From the NCBI GenBank assembly GCA_964016885.1, contig OZ024750.1, forward strand, positions 41,230,001-41,294,000: a DNA stretch of 64,000 nt, in the 5' to 3' direction. This document shows, in pieces, positions 1 to 15,249 of this stretch. Each line of letters begins with the position of its first letter. Positions within the stretch are counted from its first letter, which is position 1. Under the pieces are notes generated by a model. The model ran no database searches, was not told the origin of the DNA, and saw only the letters and a list, made by a program, of their open reading frames with translations. Both the position numbers and the translations under genes were made by a program. Origin of the DNA: Eledone cirrhosa. Lineage: Eukaryota.

Positions 1-282
1 CACACACACACTAGTTACATACACACACACTAGTTACACATACACTAGTTACACACACACACACACTAGTTATACACACATACACTAGTTACACATACAC
101 TAGTTATACACACACACACACTAGTTACACATACACACACACTAGTTACACATACACACACACTAGTTACACACACACACTAGTTACACACAAACACACA
201 CACTAGTTACACACAAACACACTAGTTACACACAAACACACTAGTTACACACACACACACTAGTTATACACACACACACTAG

Positions 283-328
<46 letters not shown>

Positions 329-3300
329 TACACACAAACACTAGTTACACACAAACACTAGTTACACACACACACTAGTTATACACACACACACACTAGT
401 TACACACAAACACACTAGTTATACACACAAACACACTAGTTATACACACACACACACTAGTTATACACACACACACACTAGTTATACACACAAACACACT
501 AGTTATACACAAACACACTAGTTATACACAAACACACTAGTTATACACACACACACTAGTTATACACACACACACTAGTTATACACACACACACTAGTTA
601 TACACACACACACTAGTTACACACAAACACACTAGTTACACAAACACACACTAGTTACACACAAACACACACTAGTTACACACAAACACACACTAGTTAC
701 ACACAAACACACACTAGTTACACACAAACACACACTAGTTACACACACACACACACTAGTTACACACACACACACTAGTTACACACACACACACTAGTTA
801 TACACACACACACTAGTTATACACACACACACTAGTTATACACACACACACTAGTTATACACACACACACTAGTTATACACACACACACTAGTTATACAC
901 ACACACACTAGTTATACACACACACACTAGTTATACACACACACACTAGTTATACACACACACACTAGTTATACACACACACACTAGTTACACACACACA
1001 CACACTAGTTACACACACACACACTAGTTACACACACACACACTAGTTACACACACACACACTAGTTACACACACACACACTAGTTACACACACACACAC
1101 TAGTTACACACACACACACTAGTTACACACACACACACTAGTTATACACACACACACTAGTTATACACACACACACTAGTTATACACACACACACTAGTT
1201 ATACACACACACACTATTTATACACACACACACTATTTATACACAAACACACTAGTTACACACACACACACTAGTTACACACACACTAGTTACACACACA
1301 CACACTAGTTACACACACACACACACTAGTTACACACACACACACACACTAGTTATACACAAACACACTAGTTATACACAAACACACTAGTTATACACAA
1401 ACACACTAGTTATACACAAACACACTAGTTACACACAAACACTAGTTACACACAAAACACACTAGTTATACACACACACACTAGTTACACACACACACAC
1501 TAGTTACACACACACACACTAGCTACACACACACACACTAGTTACACACAAACACACTAGTTATACACAAACACACTAGTTATACACAAACACACTAGTT
1601 ATACACAAACACACTAGTTACACACAAACACACTAGTTACACACACACACACACTAGTTATACACACACACACTAGTTATACACAAACACTAGTTACACA
1701 CAAACACACTAGTTATACACAAACACACTAGTTATACACAAACACACTAGTTATACACAAACACACTAGTTATACACAAACACACTAGTTATACACAAAC
1801 ACACTAGTTATACACAAACACACGTTATACACAAACACACTAGTTATACACAAACACACTAGTTATACACAAACACACTAGTTATACACAAACACACTAG
1901 TTATACACAAACACACTAGTTACACACAAACACACTAGTTACACACACACACACTAGTTATACACAAACACACTAGTTATACACAAACACACTAGTTACA
2001 CACAAACACACTAGTTACACACAAACACACTAGTTATACACAAACACACTAGTTATACACAAACACTAGTTATACACAAACACACTAGTTATACACAAAC
2101 ACACTAGTTATACACAAACACTAGTTACACACAAACACACTAGTTACACACAAACACACTAGTTACACACAAACACACTAGTTACACACAAACACACTAG
2201 TTATACACAAAAACACTAGTTATACACAAACACACTAGTTATACACAAACACACTAGTTACACACAAACACACTAGTTATACACAAACACTAGTTATACA
2301 CAAACATACTAGTTACACACAAACACACTAGTTATACACAAACACACTAGTTATACACAAACACACTAGTTATACACAAACACACTAGTTACACACAAAC
2401 ACACTAGTTACACACACACACACACACACTAGTTATACACAAACACTAGTTATACACAAACACACTAGTTATACACAAACACACTAGTCACACACAAACA
2501 CACTAGTTACACACAAACACACTAGTTACACACACACACACTAGTTATACACAAACACACTAGTTATACACAAACACACTAGTTATACACAAACACACTA
2601 GTTATACACAAACACTAGTTATACACAAACACACTAGTTATACACAAACACACTAGTTACACACACACACACTAGTTACACACACACACACTAGTTACAC
2701 ACACACACACTAGTTATACACAAACACACTAGTTATACACAAACACACTAGTTATACACAAACACACTAGTTATACACAAACACACTAGTTATACACAAA
2801 CACACTAGTTATACACAAACACACTAGTTATACACAAACACACTAGTTATACACAAACACACTAGTTACACACAAACACACTAGTTACACACAAACACAC
2901 ACTAGTTACACACACACACACACTAGTTATACACAAATACACTAGTTATACACAAACACTAGTTACACACAAACACACTAGTTACACACAAACACTAGTT
3001 ACACACAAACACACTAGTTATACACAAACACACTAGTTATACACAAACACACTAGTTATACACAAACACACTAGTTATACACAAACACACTAGTTACACA
3101 CAAACACACTAGTTATACACAAACACACTAGTTATACACAAACACTAGTTATACACAAACACACTAGTTATACACAAACACACTAGTTACACACAAACAC
3201 ACTAGTTACACACAAACACACTAGTTATACACAAACACACTAGTTACACACAAACACACTAGTTACACACAAACACACTAGTTATACACAAACACACTAG

Positions 3301-6300
3301 TTACACACAAACACACTAGTTACACACAAACACACTAGTTATACACAAACACACTAGTTACACACAAACACACTAGTTACACACAAACACACTAGTTACA
3401 CACAAACACACTAGTTACACACACACACACTAGTTACACACACACACACACTAGTTACACACACACACACTAGTTACACACACACACACTAGTTACACAC
3501 ACACACACTAGTTACACACACACACACTAGTTATACACAAACACACTAGTTATACACAAACACACTAGTTACACACAAACACACTAGTTATACACACACA
3601 CACACACTAGTTATACACAAACACACTAGGTACACACAAACACACTAGTTATGCACACACACTAGTTACACACAAACACACTAGTTATACACACACACTA
3701 GTTACACACAAACACACTAGTTACACACAAACACACACTAGTTACACACACACTAGTTACACACAAACACACTAGTTACACACAAACACACTAGTTACAC
3801 ACAAACACACTAGTTACACACACACACACACTAGTTACACACACACACACACTAGTTACACACACACACACACACTAGTTACACACACACACACACACAC
3901 TAGTTACACACAAACACACTAGTTACACACAAACACACTAGTTACACACAAACACACTAGTTACACACAAACACACTAGTTACACACACACACACTAGTT
4001 ACACACACACTAGTTACACACACACACACTAGTTACACACACACACACACACACTAGTTACACACAAACACACTAGTTATACACAAACACACTAGTTATA
4101 CACAAACACACTAGTTATACACAAACACACTAGTTATACACACACACACTAGTTACACACACACACACACACACACTAGTTACACACAAACACACTAGTT
4201 ACACACAAACACACTAGTTACACACAAACACACTAGTTACACACAAACACACACTAGTTATACACAAACACACTAGTTATACACAAACACTAGTTACACA
4301 CAAACACACTAGTTACACACACACTAGTTATACACACACACACTAGTTACACACAAACACACTAGTTACACACAAACACACTAGTTACACACACACACAC
4401 ACTAGTTACACACAAACACACTAGTTATACACAAACACACTAGTTACACACAAACACACACTAGTTATACACAAACACACTAGTTATACACAAACACACT
4501 AGTTACACACAAACACACTAGTTACACACAAACACACTAGTTACACACACACACACTAGTTATACACAAACACACTAGTTATACACAAACACACTAGTTA
4601 TACACAAACACACTAGTTATACACAAACACTAGTTATACACAAACACTAGTTATACACAAACACACTAGTTACACACACACACACTAGTTACACACACAC
4701 ACACTAGTTACACACACACACACTAGTTATACACAAACACACTAGTTATACACAAACACACTAGTTATACACAAACACACTAGTTATACACAAACACACT
4801 AGTTATACACAAACACACTAGTTATACACAAACACACTAGTTATACACAAACACACTAGTTACACACAAACACACTAGTTACACACAAACACACTAGTTA
4901 CACACAAACACACACTAGTTACACACACACACACACTAGTTATACACAAATACACTAGTTATACACAAACACTAGTTACACACAAACACACTAGTTACAC
5001 ACAAACACTAGTTACACACAAACACACTAGTTATACACAAACACACTAGTTATACACAAACACACTAGTTATACACAAACACACTAGTTATACACAAACA
5101 CTAGTTATACACAAACACACTAGTTACACACAAACACACTAGTTATACACAAACACTAGTTATACACAAACACACTAGTTATACACAAACACTAGTTATA
5201 CACAAACACACTAGTTATACACAAACACACTAGTTACACACAAACACACTAGTTACACACAAACACACTAGTTATACACAAACACACTAGTTACACACAA
5301 ACACACTAGTTACACACAAACACACTAGTTATACACAAACACACTAATTACACACAAACACACTAGTTACACACAAACACACTAGTTATACACAAACACA
5401 CTAGTTACACACAAACACACTAGTTACACACAAACACACTAGTTACACACAAACACACTAGTTACACACACACACACTAGTTACACACACACACACTAGT
5501 TACACACACACACACTAGTTACACACACACACACACACACTAGTTATACACAAACACTAGTTATACACAAACACACTAGTTATACACAAACACACTAGTT
5601 ACACACAAACACACTAGTTACACACAAACACACTAGTTACACACACACACACTAGTTATACACAAACACACTAGTTATACACAAACACACTAGTTATACA
5701 CAAACACACTAGTTATACACAAACACTAGTTATACACAAACACACTAGTTATACACACACACACTAGTTACACACACACACACTAGTTACACACACACAC
5801 ACTAGTTACACACACACACACTAGTTATACACAAACACACTAGTTATACACAAACACACTAGTTATACACAAACACACTAGTTATACACAAACACACTAG
5901 TTATACACAAACACACTAGTTATACACAAACACACTAGTTATACACAAACACACTAGTTACACACAAACACACTAGTTACACACAAACACACTAGTTACA
6001 CACAAACACACACTAGTTACACACACACACACACTAGTTATACACAAATACACTAGTTATACACAAACACTAGTTACACACAAACACACTAGTTACACAC
6101 AAACACTAGTTACACACAAACACACTAGTTATACACAAACACACTAGTTATACACAAACACACTAGTTATACACAAACACACTAGTTATACACAAACACT
6201 AGTTATACACAAACACACTAGTTACACACAAACACACTAGTTATACACAAACACTAGTTATACACAAACACACTAGTTATACACAAACACTAGTTATACA

Positions 6301-9300
6301 CAAACACACTAGTTATACACAAACACACTAGTTACACACAAACACACTAGTTACACACAAACACACTAGTTATACACAAACACACTAGTTACACACAAAC
6401 ACACTAGTTACACACAAACACACTAGTTATACACAAACACACTAGTTACACACAAACACACTAGTTACACACAAACACACTAGTTATACACAAACACACT
6501 AGTTACACACAAACACACTAGTTACACACAAACACACTAGTTACACACAAACACACTAGTTACACACACACACACTAGTTACACACACACACACTAGTTA
6601 CACACACACACACTAGTTACACACACACACACACACACTAGTTATACACAAACACTAGTTATACACAAACACACTAGTTATACACAAACACACTAGTTAC
6701 ACACAAACACACTAGTTACACACAAACACACTAGTTACACACACACACACTAGTTATACACAAACACACTAGTTATACACAAACACACTAGTTATACACA
6801 AACACACTAGTTATACACAAACACTAGTTATACACAAACACACTAGTTATACACAAACACACTAGTTACACACACACACACTAGTTACACACACACACAC
6901 TAGTTACACACACACACACTAGTTATACACAAACACACTAGTTATACACAAACACACTAGTTATACACAAACACACTAGTTATACACAAACACACTAGTT
7001 ATACACAAACACACTAGTTATACACAAACACACTAGTTATACACAAACACACTAGTTACACACAAACACACTAGTTACACACAAACACACTAGTTACACA
7101 CAAACACACACTAGTTACACACACACACACACTAGTTATACACAAATACACTAGTTATACACAAACACTAGTTACACACAAACACACTAGTTACACACAA
7201 ACACTAGTTACACACAAACACACTAGTTATACACAAACACACTAGTTATACACAAACACACTAGTTATACACAAACACACTAGTTATACACAAACACACT
7301 AGTTACACACAAACACACTAGTTATACACAAACACTAGTTATACACAAACACACTAGTTATACACAAACACTAGTTATACACAAACACACTAGTTATACA
7401 CAAACACACTAGTTACACAAACACACTAGTTACACAAACACACTAGTTACACACAAACACACTAGTTATACACAAACACACTAGTTACACACAAACACAC
7501 TAGTTACACACAAACACACTAGTTATACACAAACACACTAGTTACACACAAACACACTAGTTACACACAAACACACTAGTTATACACAAACACACTAGTT
7601 ACACACAAACACACTAGTTACACACAAACACACTAGTTACACACACACACACTAGTTACACACACACACACTAGTTACACACACACACACTAGTTACACA
7701 CACACACACTAGTTATACACAAACACACTAGTTATACACAAACACACTAGTTACACACAAACACACTAGTTATACACACACACACTAGTTATACACAAAC
7801 ACACTAGGTACACACAAACACACTAGTTATGCACACACACTAGTTACACACAAACACACTAGTTATACACACACACTAGTTACACACAAACACACTAGTT
7901 ACACACAAACACACACTAGTTACACACACACACACACTAGTTACACACAAACACACTAGTTACACACAAACACACTAGTTACACACAAACACACTAGTTA
8001 CACACAAACACACTAGTTACACACACACACACACTAGTTACACACACACACACACTAGTTACACACACACACACACACTAGTTACACACACACACACACA
8101 CTAGTTACACACAAACACACTAGTTACACACAAACACACTAGTTACACACAAACACACTAGTTACACACAAACACTAGTTACACACAAACACACTAGTTA
8201 TACACAAACACACTAGTTATACACAAACACACTAGTTATACACAAACACACTAGTTATACACAAACACACTAGTTATACACAAACACTAGTTATACACAA
8301 ACACACTAGTTACACACAAACACACTAGTTATACACAAACACTAGTTATACACAAACACACTAGTTATACACAAACACTAGTTATACACAAACACACTAG
8401 TTATACACAAACACACTAGTTACACACAAACACACTAGTTACACACAAACACACTAGTTATACACAAACACACTAGTTACACACAAACACACTAGTTACA
8501 CACAAACACACTAGTTATACACAAACACACTAGTTACACACAAACACACTAGTTACACACAAACACACTAGTTATACACAAACACACTAGTTACACACAA
8601 ACACACTAGTTACACACAAACACACTAGTTACACACAAACACACTAGTTACACACACACACACTAGTTACACACACACACACTAGTTACACACACACACA
8701 CTAGTTACACACACACACACACACACTAGTTATACACAAACACTAGTTATACACAAACACACTAGTTATACACAAACACACTAGTTACACACAAACACAC
8801 TAGTTACACACAAACACACTAGTTACACACACACACACTAGTTATACACAAACACACTAGTTATACACAAACACACTAGTTATACACAAACACACTAGTT
8901 ATACACAAACACACTAGTTATACACAAACACACTAGTTACACACACACACACTAGTTACACACACACACACTAGTTACACACACACACACTAGTTATACA
9001 CAAACACACTAGTTATACACAAACACACTAGTTATACACAAACACACTAGTTATACACAAACACACTAGTTATACACAAACACACTAGTTATACACAAAC
9101 ACACTAGTTATACACAAACACACTAGTTACACACAAACACACTAGTTACACACAAACACACTAGTTACACACAAACACACACTAGTTACACACACACACA
9201 CACTAGTTATACACAAATACACTAGTTATACACAAACACTAGTTACACACAAACACACTAGTTACACACAAACACTAGTTACACACAAACACACTAGTTA

Positions 9301-11025
9301 TACACAAACACACTAGTTATACACAAACACACTAGTTATACACAAACACACTAGTTATACACAAACACTAGTTATACACAAACACACTAGTTACACACAA
9401 ACACACTAGTTATACACAAACACTAGTTATACACAAACACACTAGTTATACACAAACACTAGTTATACACAAACACTAGTTATACACAAACACACTAGTT
9501 ATACACAAACACACTAGTTACACACAAACACACTAGTTACACACAAACACACTAGTTACACACAAACACACTAGTTATACACAAACACACTAGTTACACA
9601 CAAACACACTAGTTACACACAAACACACTAGTTATACACAAACACACTAGTTACACACAAACACACTAGTTACACACAAACACACTAGTTATACACAAAC
9701 ACACTAGTTACACACAAACACACTAGTTACACACAAACACACTAGTTACACACAAACACACTAGTTACACACACACACACTAGTTACACACACACACACT
9801 AGTTACACACACACACACTAGTTACACACACACACACTAGTTATACACAAACACACTAGTTATACACAAACACACTAGTTACACACAAACACACTAGTTA
9901 TACACACACACACTAGTTATACACAAACACACTAGGTACACACAAACACACTAGTTATGCACACACACTAGTTACACACAAACACACTAGTTATACACAC
10001 ACACTAGTTACACACAAACACACTAGTTACACACAAACACACACTAGTTACACACACACACACACTAGTTACACACAAACACACTAGTTACACACAAACA
10101 CACTAGTTACACACAAACACACTAGTTACACACACACACACACTAGTTACACACACACACACACTAGTTACACACACACACACACACTAGTTACACACAC
10201 ACACACACACTAGTTACACACAAACACACTAGTTACACACAAACACACTAGTTACACACAAACACACTAGTTACACACAAACACACTAGTTACACACAAA
10301 CACACTAGTTACACACACACACACTAGTTACACACACACACACTAGTTACACACACACTAGTTACACACACACACACTAGTTACACACACACACACACAC
10401 ACTAGTTACACACAAACACACTAGTTATACACAAACACACTAGTTATACACAAACACACTAGTTATACACAAACACACTAGTTATACACACACACACTAG
10501 TTACACACACACACACACACACACTAGTTACACACAAACACACTAGTTACACACAAACACACTAGTTACACACAAACACACTAGTTACACACAAACACAC
10601 ACTAGTTATACACAAACACACTAGTTATACACAAACACTAGTTACACACAAACACACTAGTTACACACACACTAGTTATACACACACACACTAGTTACAC
10701 ACAAACACACTAGTTACACACAAACACACTAGTTACACACACACACACACTAGTTACACACAAACACACTAGTTATACACAAACACACTAGTTACACACA
10801 AACACACACTAGTTATACACAAACACACTAGTTATACACAAACACACTAGTTATACACAAACACACTAGTTATACACAAACACACTAGTTATACACAAAC
10901 ACACTAGTTATACACAAACACACTAGTTATACACAAACACACTAGTTATACACAAACACACTAGTTACACACAAACACACTAGTTACACACAAACACACT
11001 AGTTACACACACACAAACACACTAG

Positions 11026-11056
<31 letters not shown>
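1..11056. repeat. Satellite 1: ~19-bp unit ACTAGTTA(C/T)ACACA(A/C)ACAC with variable CA number, extends past window start
   Basis: Hundreds of tandem units, each with an ACTAGT palindrome in a (CA)n background; ends in a pure CA run at ~11056. Confidence 0.99.
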
Positions 11057-11057
<1 letters not shown>

Positions 11058-11208
11058 TTGATTTGTATGTTAGATAAAAACCTGTTACAGAAGATGGATC
11101 TATCGTTGTCTGCTGAAAGGCAGTAAACAAAACTTCAAGAAACTTGTTGCAACTTTATAAAACAAATGAAATAGTAAAAAAAAAAAAAAGTAAAAAAAAT
11201 CCTTATTA

Positions 11209-11318
11209 TCCCGCCAAGGTTAACTTTGCCTTTCATCCTTACGGGGTCGATAAAATAAAGTACCAGTAATACACTGGGATAATTGCTGGCCTTGTGCCAA
11301 AAGTAGAAACAATTATTT
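11209..11318 (+). mobile_element. 5'-truncated tRNA-derived SINE (family A)
   Basis: CCCGCCAAGGTTAACTTTGCCTTTCATCCTTACGGGGTCGATAAAATAAAGTACCAG...AAACAATTATT, near-identical to fuller copies at 50379, 50635, 61517, 61861, 62875. Confidence 0.9.
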
Positions 11319-11399
11319 AATGAAGTGAAACAAAAAAAAAAAAAAGCATTGATCGACTTTCGTCAACTTGGACCAAGGAAACAATGTTTCCGTTCGTCT

Positions 11400-11556
11400 T
11401 TCCAGTTGCTAGTACTATCAATTGGTCGCAACTCCAGGTAGAAGGAGCAACGTGAAATAAAGTGTCTTGCTCAGGGACATAACGCATCGCCCGGTCCAGG
11501 AATCAAGCTCACAACCTCAAGATTGTGAATACAGTTCTCTAACCACTCAGCCACTG
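11400..11556 (-). mobile_element. tRNA-derived CORE-like SINE (family B) head
   Basis: Minus strand reads A box GTGGCTGAGTGG, degenerate B box, then TGTCCCTGAGCAAGACACTT (CORE-like). Confidence 0.8.
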
Positions 11557-11587
11557 TGAAACAAAAACTACTCTAAATGACCCTTAA

Positions 11588-12190
11588 CCCTTTAGCATTT
11601 AAATCGGCCGTATCCAGCCGTAACTGGCTGCTCATACTGATGTTAAGGTATTGTTCTCAAAATAAATATCAAAATCTCATAGATTCGATATTATGTGAGG
11701 TAAAGCCTTTACCATGAAAATACAATAGTAAATATAGAGTAATGTAAATGTTATGTGAGATATTATGTGAGGTAAAGTCTTTACTGTGAAGATATAATAG
11801 TAAATATAGAGTAATGTAAATGTTATGTGAGTTATTATGTGAGGTAACGCCTTTACCATGAAAATACAATAGTAAATATAGAGTAATGTAAATGTTATGT
11901 GAGTTATTATGTGAGGTAACGCCTTTACCATGAAAATACAATAGTAAATATAGAGTAATGGAAATGTTATGTGAGTTATTATGTGAGGTAACGCCTTTAC
12001 CATGAAAATACAATAGTAAATATAGAGTAATGTAAATGTTATGTGAGATATTATGTGAGGTAAAGCCTTTACCATGAAAATACAATAGTAAATATAGAGT
12101 AATGTAAATGTTATGTGAGATATTATGTGAGGTAAAGCCTTTACCATGAAAATACAATAGTAAATATAGAGTAATGTAAATGCTAAAGGG
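11588..12190. mobile_element. piggyBac-type MITE (family 1) with ~7 internal copies of a 72-bp minisatellite
   Basis: TTAA|CCCTTTAGCATT ... AATGCTAAAGGG|TTGA termini; the 72-bp period produces the 24-aa periodic ORFs at 11669/11677. Confidence 0.85.
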
Positions 12191-12482
12191 TTGAAAGGTT
12201 CTGAAGCAATGTTCTTCATTCTTCAATTAAACAGTAAAAAAAAATTAATAAGAAAAAAACACTAATTATTAAACTGAGTATCAAATTCAGGTTGGAAGCT
12301 CAATATCCTATTTCAGTTAATTACCAACCAGTTTGAGGATACATTATTTGATCAAACCAGTTTCAAACGCTCTGAGTAAGGTCATACACACTGCCCATCC
12401 TTCCTAACTAATCATTCGATGAACAATTAATAGAAAAATATTAATTATTAAACTGAATGTCAAATTGAAATCAGAAGTTATA

Positions 12483-12666
12483 CGAGGGTCAGCTGAAAAG
12501 TTCATCGGCTGACTATGAAGGAGTGATGCTGAAGTTGTGAAATCTTGCATGCATAAATTTCAACTCTTCTTATTAATAACTGCATTGTTTCTTTCCTGAA
12601 TAAACCTCATTTGGTCATTCCATGAGAGTATCTTGGTCAGCCTATGAACTTTTCAGCCAATGCTTG
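12483..12666. mobile_element. Tc1/mariner-type MITE
   Basis: TA|CGAGGGTCAGCTGAAAAGTTCATCGGCTGAC ... GTCAGCCTATGAACTTTTCAGCCAATGCTTG|TA imperfect TIRs with TA target duplication. Confidence 0.85.
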
Positions 12667-12774
12667 TATAATATATTTTAGTTAAACACCAACCCTTAAA
12701 CACATTGGGGAGCTTTTAAACAAATAATTCTTATCTCAACAACATATATATAGAGAGAGAGCAATAGATAGGTG

Positions 12775-12972
12775 TCATCATCATCGTTAAATGTCCTTTT
12801 TCCACACTAGCATGGGTAGAACGAGCTGTCCCTTTGTGAGAGATCAGGTCGGAAAACCGTGTTTCACTCACATAGAACTGATTTGGGCTGGATGCCTTTC
12901 CTAACTAATGCCAACCACACTTACAGTCTGGACTGGCCACTTTTTGTTGTGACGTCTACACAACCACTTTTT
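12775..12972 (-). mobile_element. SINE 3' part with RTE-like tail and (GAT)n end
   Basis: CATCATCATC...TTTTCCACACTAGCATGGGTAGAACG...GGATGCC..CCTAA..CCAACCAC motif shared with 14517, 16855, 38563. Confidence 0.7.
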
Positions 12973-13119
12973 AGTGTGGGCTGGAGTGAGGGTGGGAAAC
13001 TGCTTCGGGAATTGGGGATGTAGGTTGTAGGTATGGGGGAGGGGTGATTAAAGCAAGGGAGATGTATGGGAAGGGAGATGGTAGGGGAAGTTGTTGCCTA
13101 CTAGATATATGCTTCAACA

Positions 13120-13372
13120 TGAGCATATAGGGAGGTGTGTCTTCGGTAATACTGCATAGCACCAGAGATCATGGTTCTGCGTCATCACTTTAGTGAGGTG
13201 TAATTGTGCCAAGTCAGCTTTTATTACCTCATCTCAAATCTTCCTAGGCTTGTTCACTCCATGGCTACCGTCAACTTTGAGCAGTCTGCACCTTTATATA
13301 CAGCTGTCATCCTTCATATGCATCACATGTCCACACCAACAAAATCTCCTCTCCTGCACACTGCATCTGATC
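13120..13372 (-). mobile_element. Decayed RTE LINE 3' fragment
   Basis: Minus strand translates RCSVQERRFCWCGHVMHMKDDSC...KPRK, typical of the RTE ORF C-terminus (RLRWFGHVxRM...GRP). Confidence 0.75.
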
Positions 13373-13380
13373 CTTTTTAA

Positions 13381-13590
13381 CCCTTTAATGTTCAAACCGG
13401 CCAGAATTCTCTACCTTTTTCTGTTGAAACTGGCTGTAACTGGTCACTCATACTGATGTTATGGTATTATTCTCAAAATAAATACTTTCAAAATCTCATA
13501 GATTCGATATTATGTGGGATAATTATGCGAGGTAAAGCCTTTACCATGAACATATAATAGTATATATAGAGTAATATGAATGCTAAAGGT
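13381..13590. mobile_element. piggyBac-type MITE (family 1), single-unit copy
   Basis: TTAA|CCCTTTAATGTT ... AATGCTAAAGGT|TTAA; homologous to 11588-12190 but with about one 72-bp unit. Confidence 0.85.
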
Positions 13591-14239
13591 TTAATGCCTA
13601 ATTTCTAAGTTTGTTTATGCTTTGCTATTTGCGTATATTGCTATTGCACATCCATCAAAGCATGGAGGCTTTATTTATTTCCAATCTACGCAGGTCTTCT
13701 GTAAACAGAAGACATCTCACTAATGTGTAACATTGTTGTTTGTATACATGCATCATACAGTCTGTCTTTCATTTTGAGGGAAAAACTTAATATTGGTTCA
13801 AGGCCAGCAATTTGGTAAAAGGGATGACCCTGGCACCAGTAGTTAACTGGTATTTTATTTTATCGACTCTCACTTCCTGCTATAAGTCTGTATGATCAAA
13901 GAACTTGTATTATTGTATTATAGAGTACTCATTAGACAAGATCAGCTGATAGTTCAGGAAATTGGACTGATTAAAAATGTAAGTGTTCTTGTCAGGTGAC
14001 CAAAGGTCTATTCCATTCATAGTTTATAACCTATATTTATTTAGTCATTGAGTAAACTGATCAGTGATCCTTTACAAATGAGGTGATTATGTTTGTAACA
14101 CCTTAACCCAGTTTTCTTTAACAAAATATTTTTTTTTACACTAGAGTAGATAATAGAGTTTTGATGAATGAAACTTGAGAAGTGTAATCAGTAATTTCAA
14201 AGACTTTATCTGCTTCTATGATACCAAAGGTAAGGGTGG

Positions 14240-14452
14240 GGGATTGAGAGAATCGGGAGAGCATCGGACAATATGCTTTATGGCATAGAGTTACAGCCCT
14301 TTACGTTCTCAGTTCAAATCCAGCCAAGATGAACTTTGCCGTTCATCCTTCCTTGGTCGATAAAATACAGAAGCAGTTAAGTACTAGGTGTTGATTTAAT
14401 CAACTTTCCCTTCCCTCCCAAATTGCTGGCCTTGAGCCAACATTAGAAAGAA
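14240..14452 (+). mobile_element. SINE family A, diverged copy
   Basis: GTTCAAATCC B box followed by AACTTTGCCGTTCATCCTTCCTTGGTCGATAAAATA and TTGCTGGCCTTG. Confidence 0.8.
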
Positions 14453-14516
14453 TGACACCAAAGGTACATAAATAAAAAAGACAAAACATTACTAGAGAAA
14501 ACCGTTCTGTTACTTT

Positions 14517-14985
14517 ATCATCATCACCATTTAACATCCATTTTTTCATGCTGGAATGGGTTAGACGAGTTATCCTGTTGTGGGCAATGCTAGGTCAGGT
14601 GACCATGTCTTGCTTATACAGAACTGATTTGGGTTTGGTTTCTACAGCTGGATGCGCTGCCTAATGCCAACCTCATTCACAGTGTGGGCTGGGCACTTTT
14701 TACCGTGTCATCATCATGACCACTTTACAGTGTGGGCTGGGCCCTTTTTATGTGTCGCCATCATGACCACTTTACAGTGTAGGCTGGGCCTTTTTTACCG
14801 TGTCGCCATCATGACCACTTTACAGTGTGGGCTGGGCCCTTTTTACTGTGTCGCCATCATGACCACCTTACAGTGTGGGCTGGGCACTTTTTACTGTGTC
14901 ATCATCATGACCACTTTACAGGGTGGGCTGTGCACGTCTTACCGTGTCATCATCAGGTCCACTTTACAGTGTGGGTTGGAGGCTT
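14517..14985 (-). mobile_element. SINE with internal ~50-bp tandem repeat (~6 copies) and RTE-like (GAT)n tail
   Basis: Tandem ACAGTGTGGGCTGGGC..TTTT..CGTGTC.CCATCATGACCACTTT units plus the family tail; source of ORFs 14652/14825. Confidence 0.8.
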
Positions 14986-15249
14986 GCAAGATATAAAGCC
15001 TTACAGACAATGAGTGTATAAAAAACAAAACTAAACAGTTATAAATATTATATTTCTTGAAAACACTATAACTAGTATTTGAAGTATCTGCTGTAGATAG
15101 TATTTCTACTTAAACTGTAATCAGTTAGCTAAGCTTTTAATCAAAAGCTTAATCCAAAATAAAAAATGTTAGCCTTCAGAATGTTTTGTTCTTCTCATAA
15201 ATATCCTTTAGCTTTGCAAGATTCAAGGCAACCTCTCTAGAGATGGTGC

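Noticed and set aside
11669-12226. 185-aa and 180-aa repetitive ORFs as membrane or His-rich proteins
   Set aside because: They are translations of the 72-bp MITE minisatellite in two frames; same for the ORFs at 38740 and 38747.
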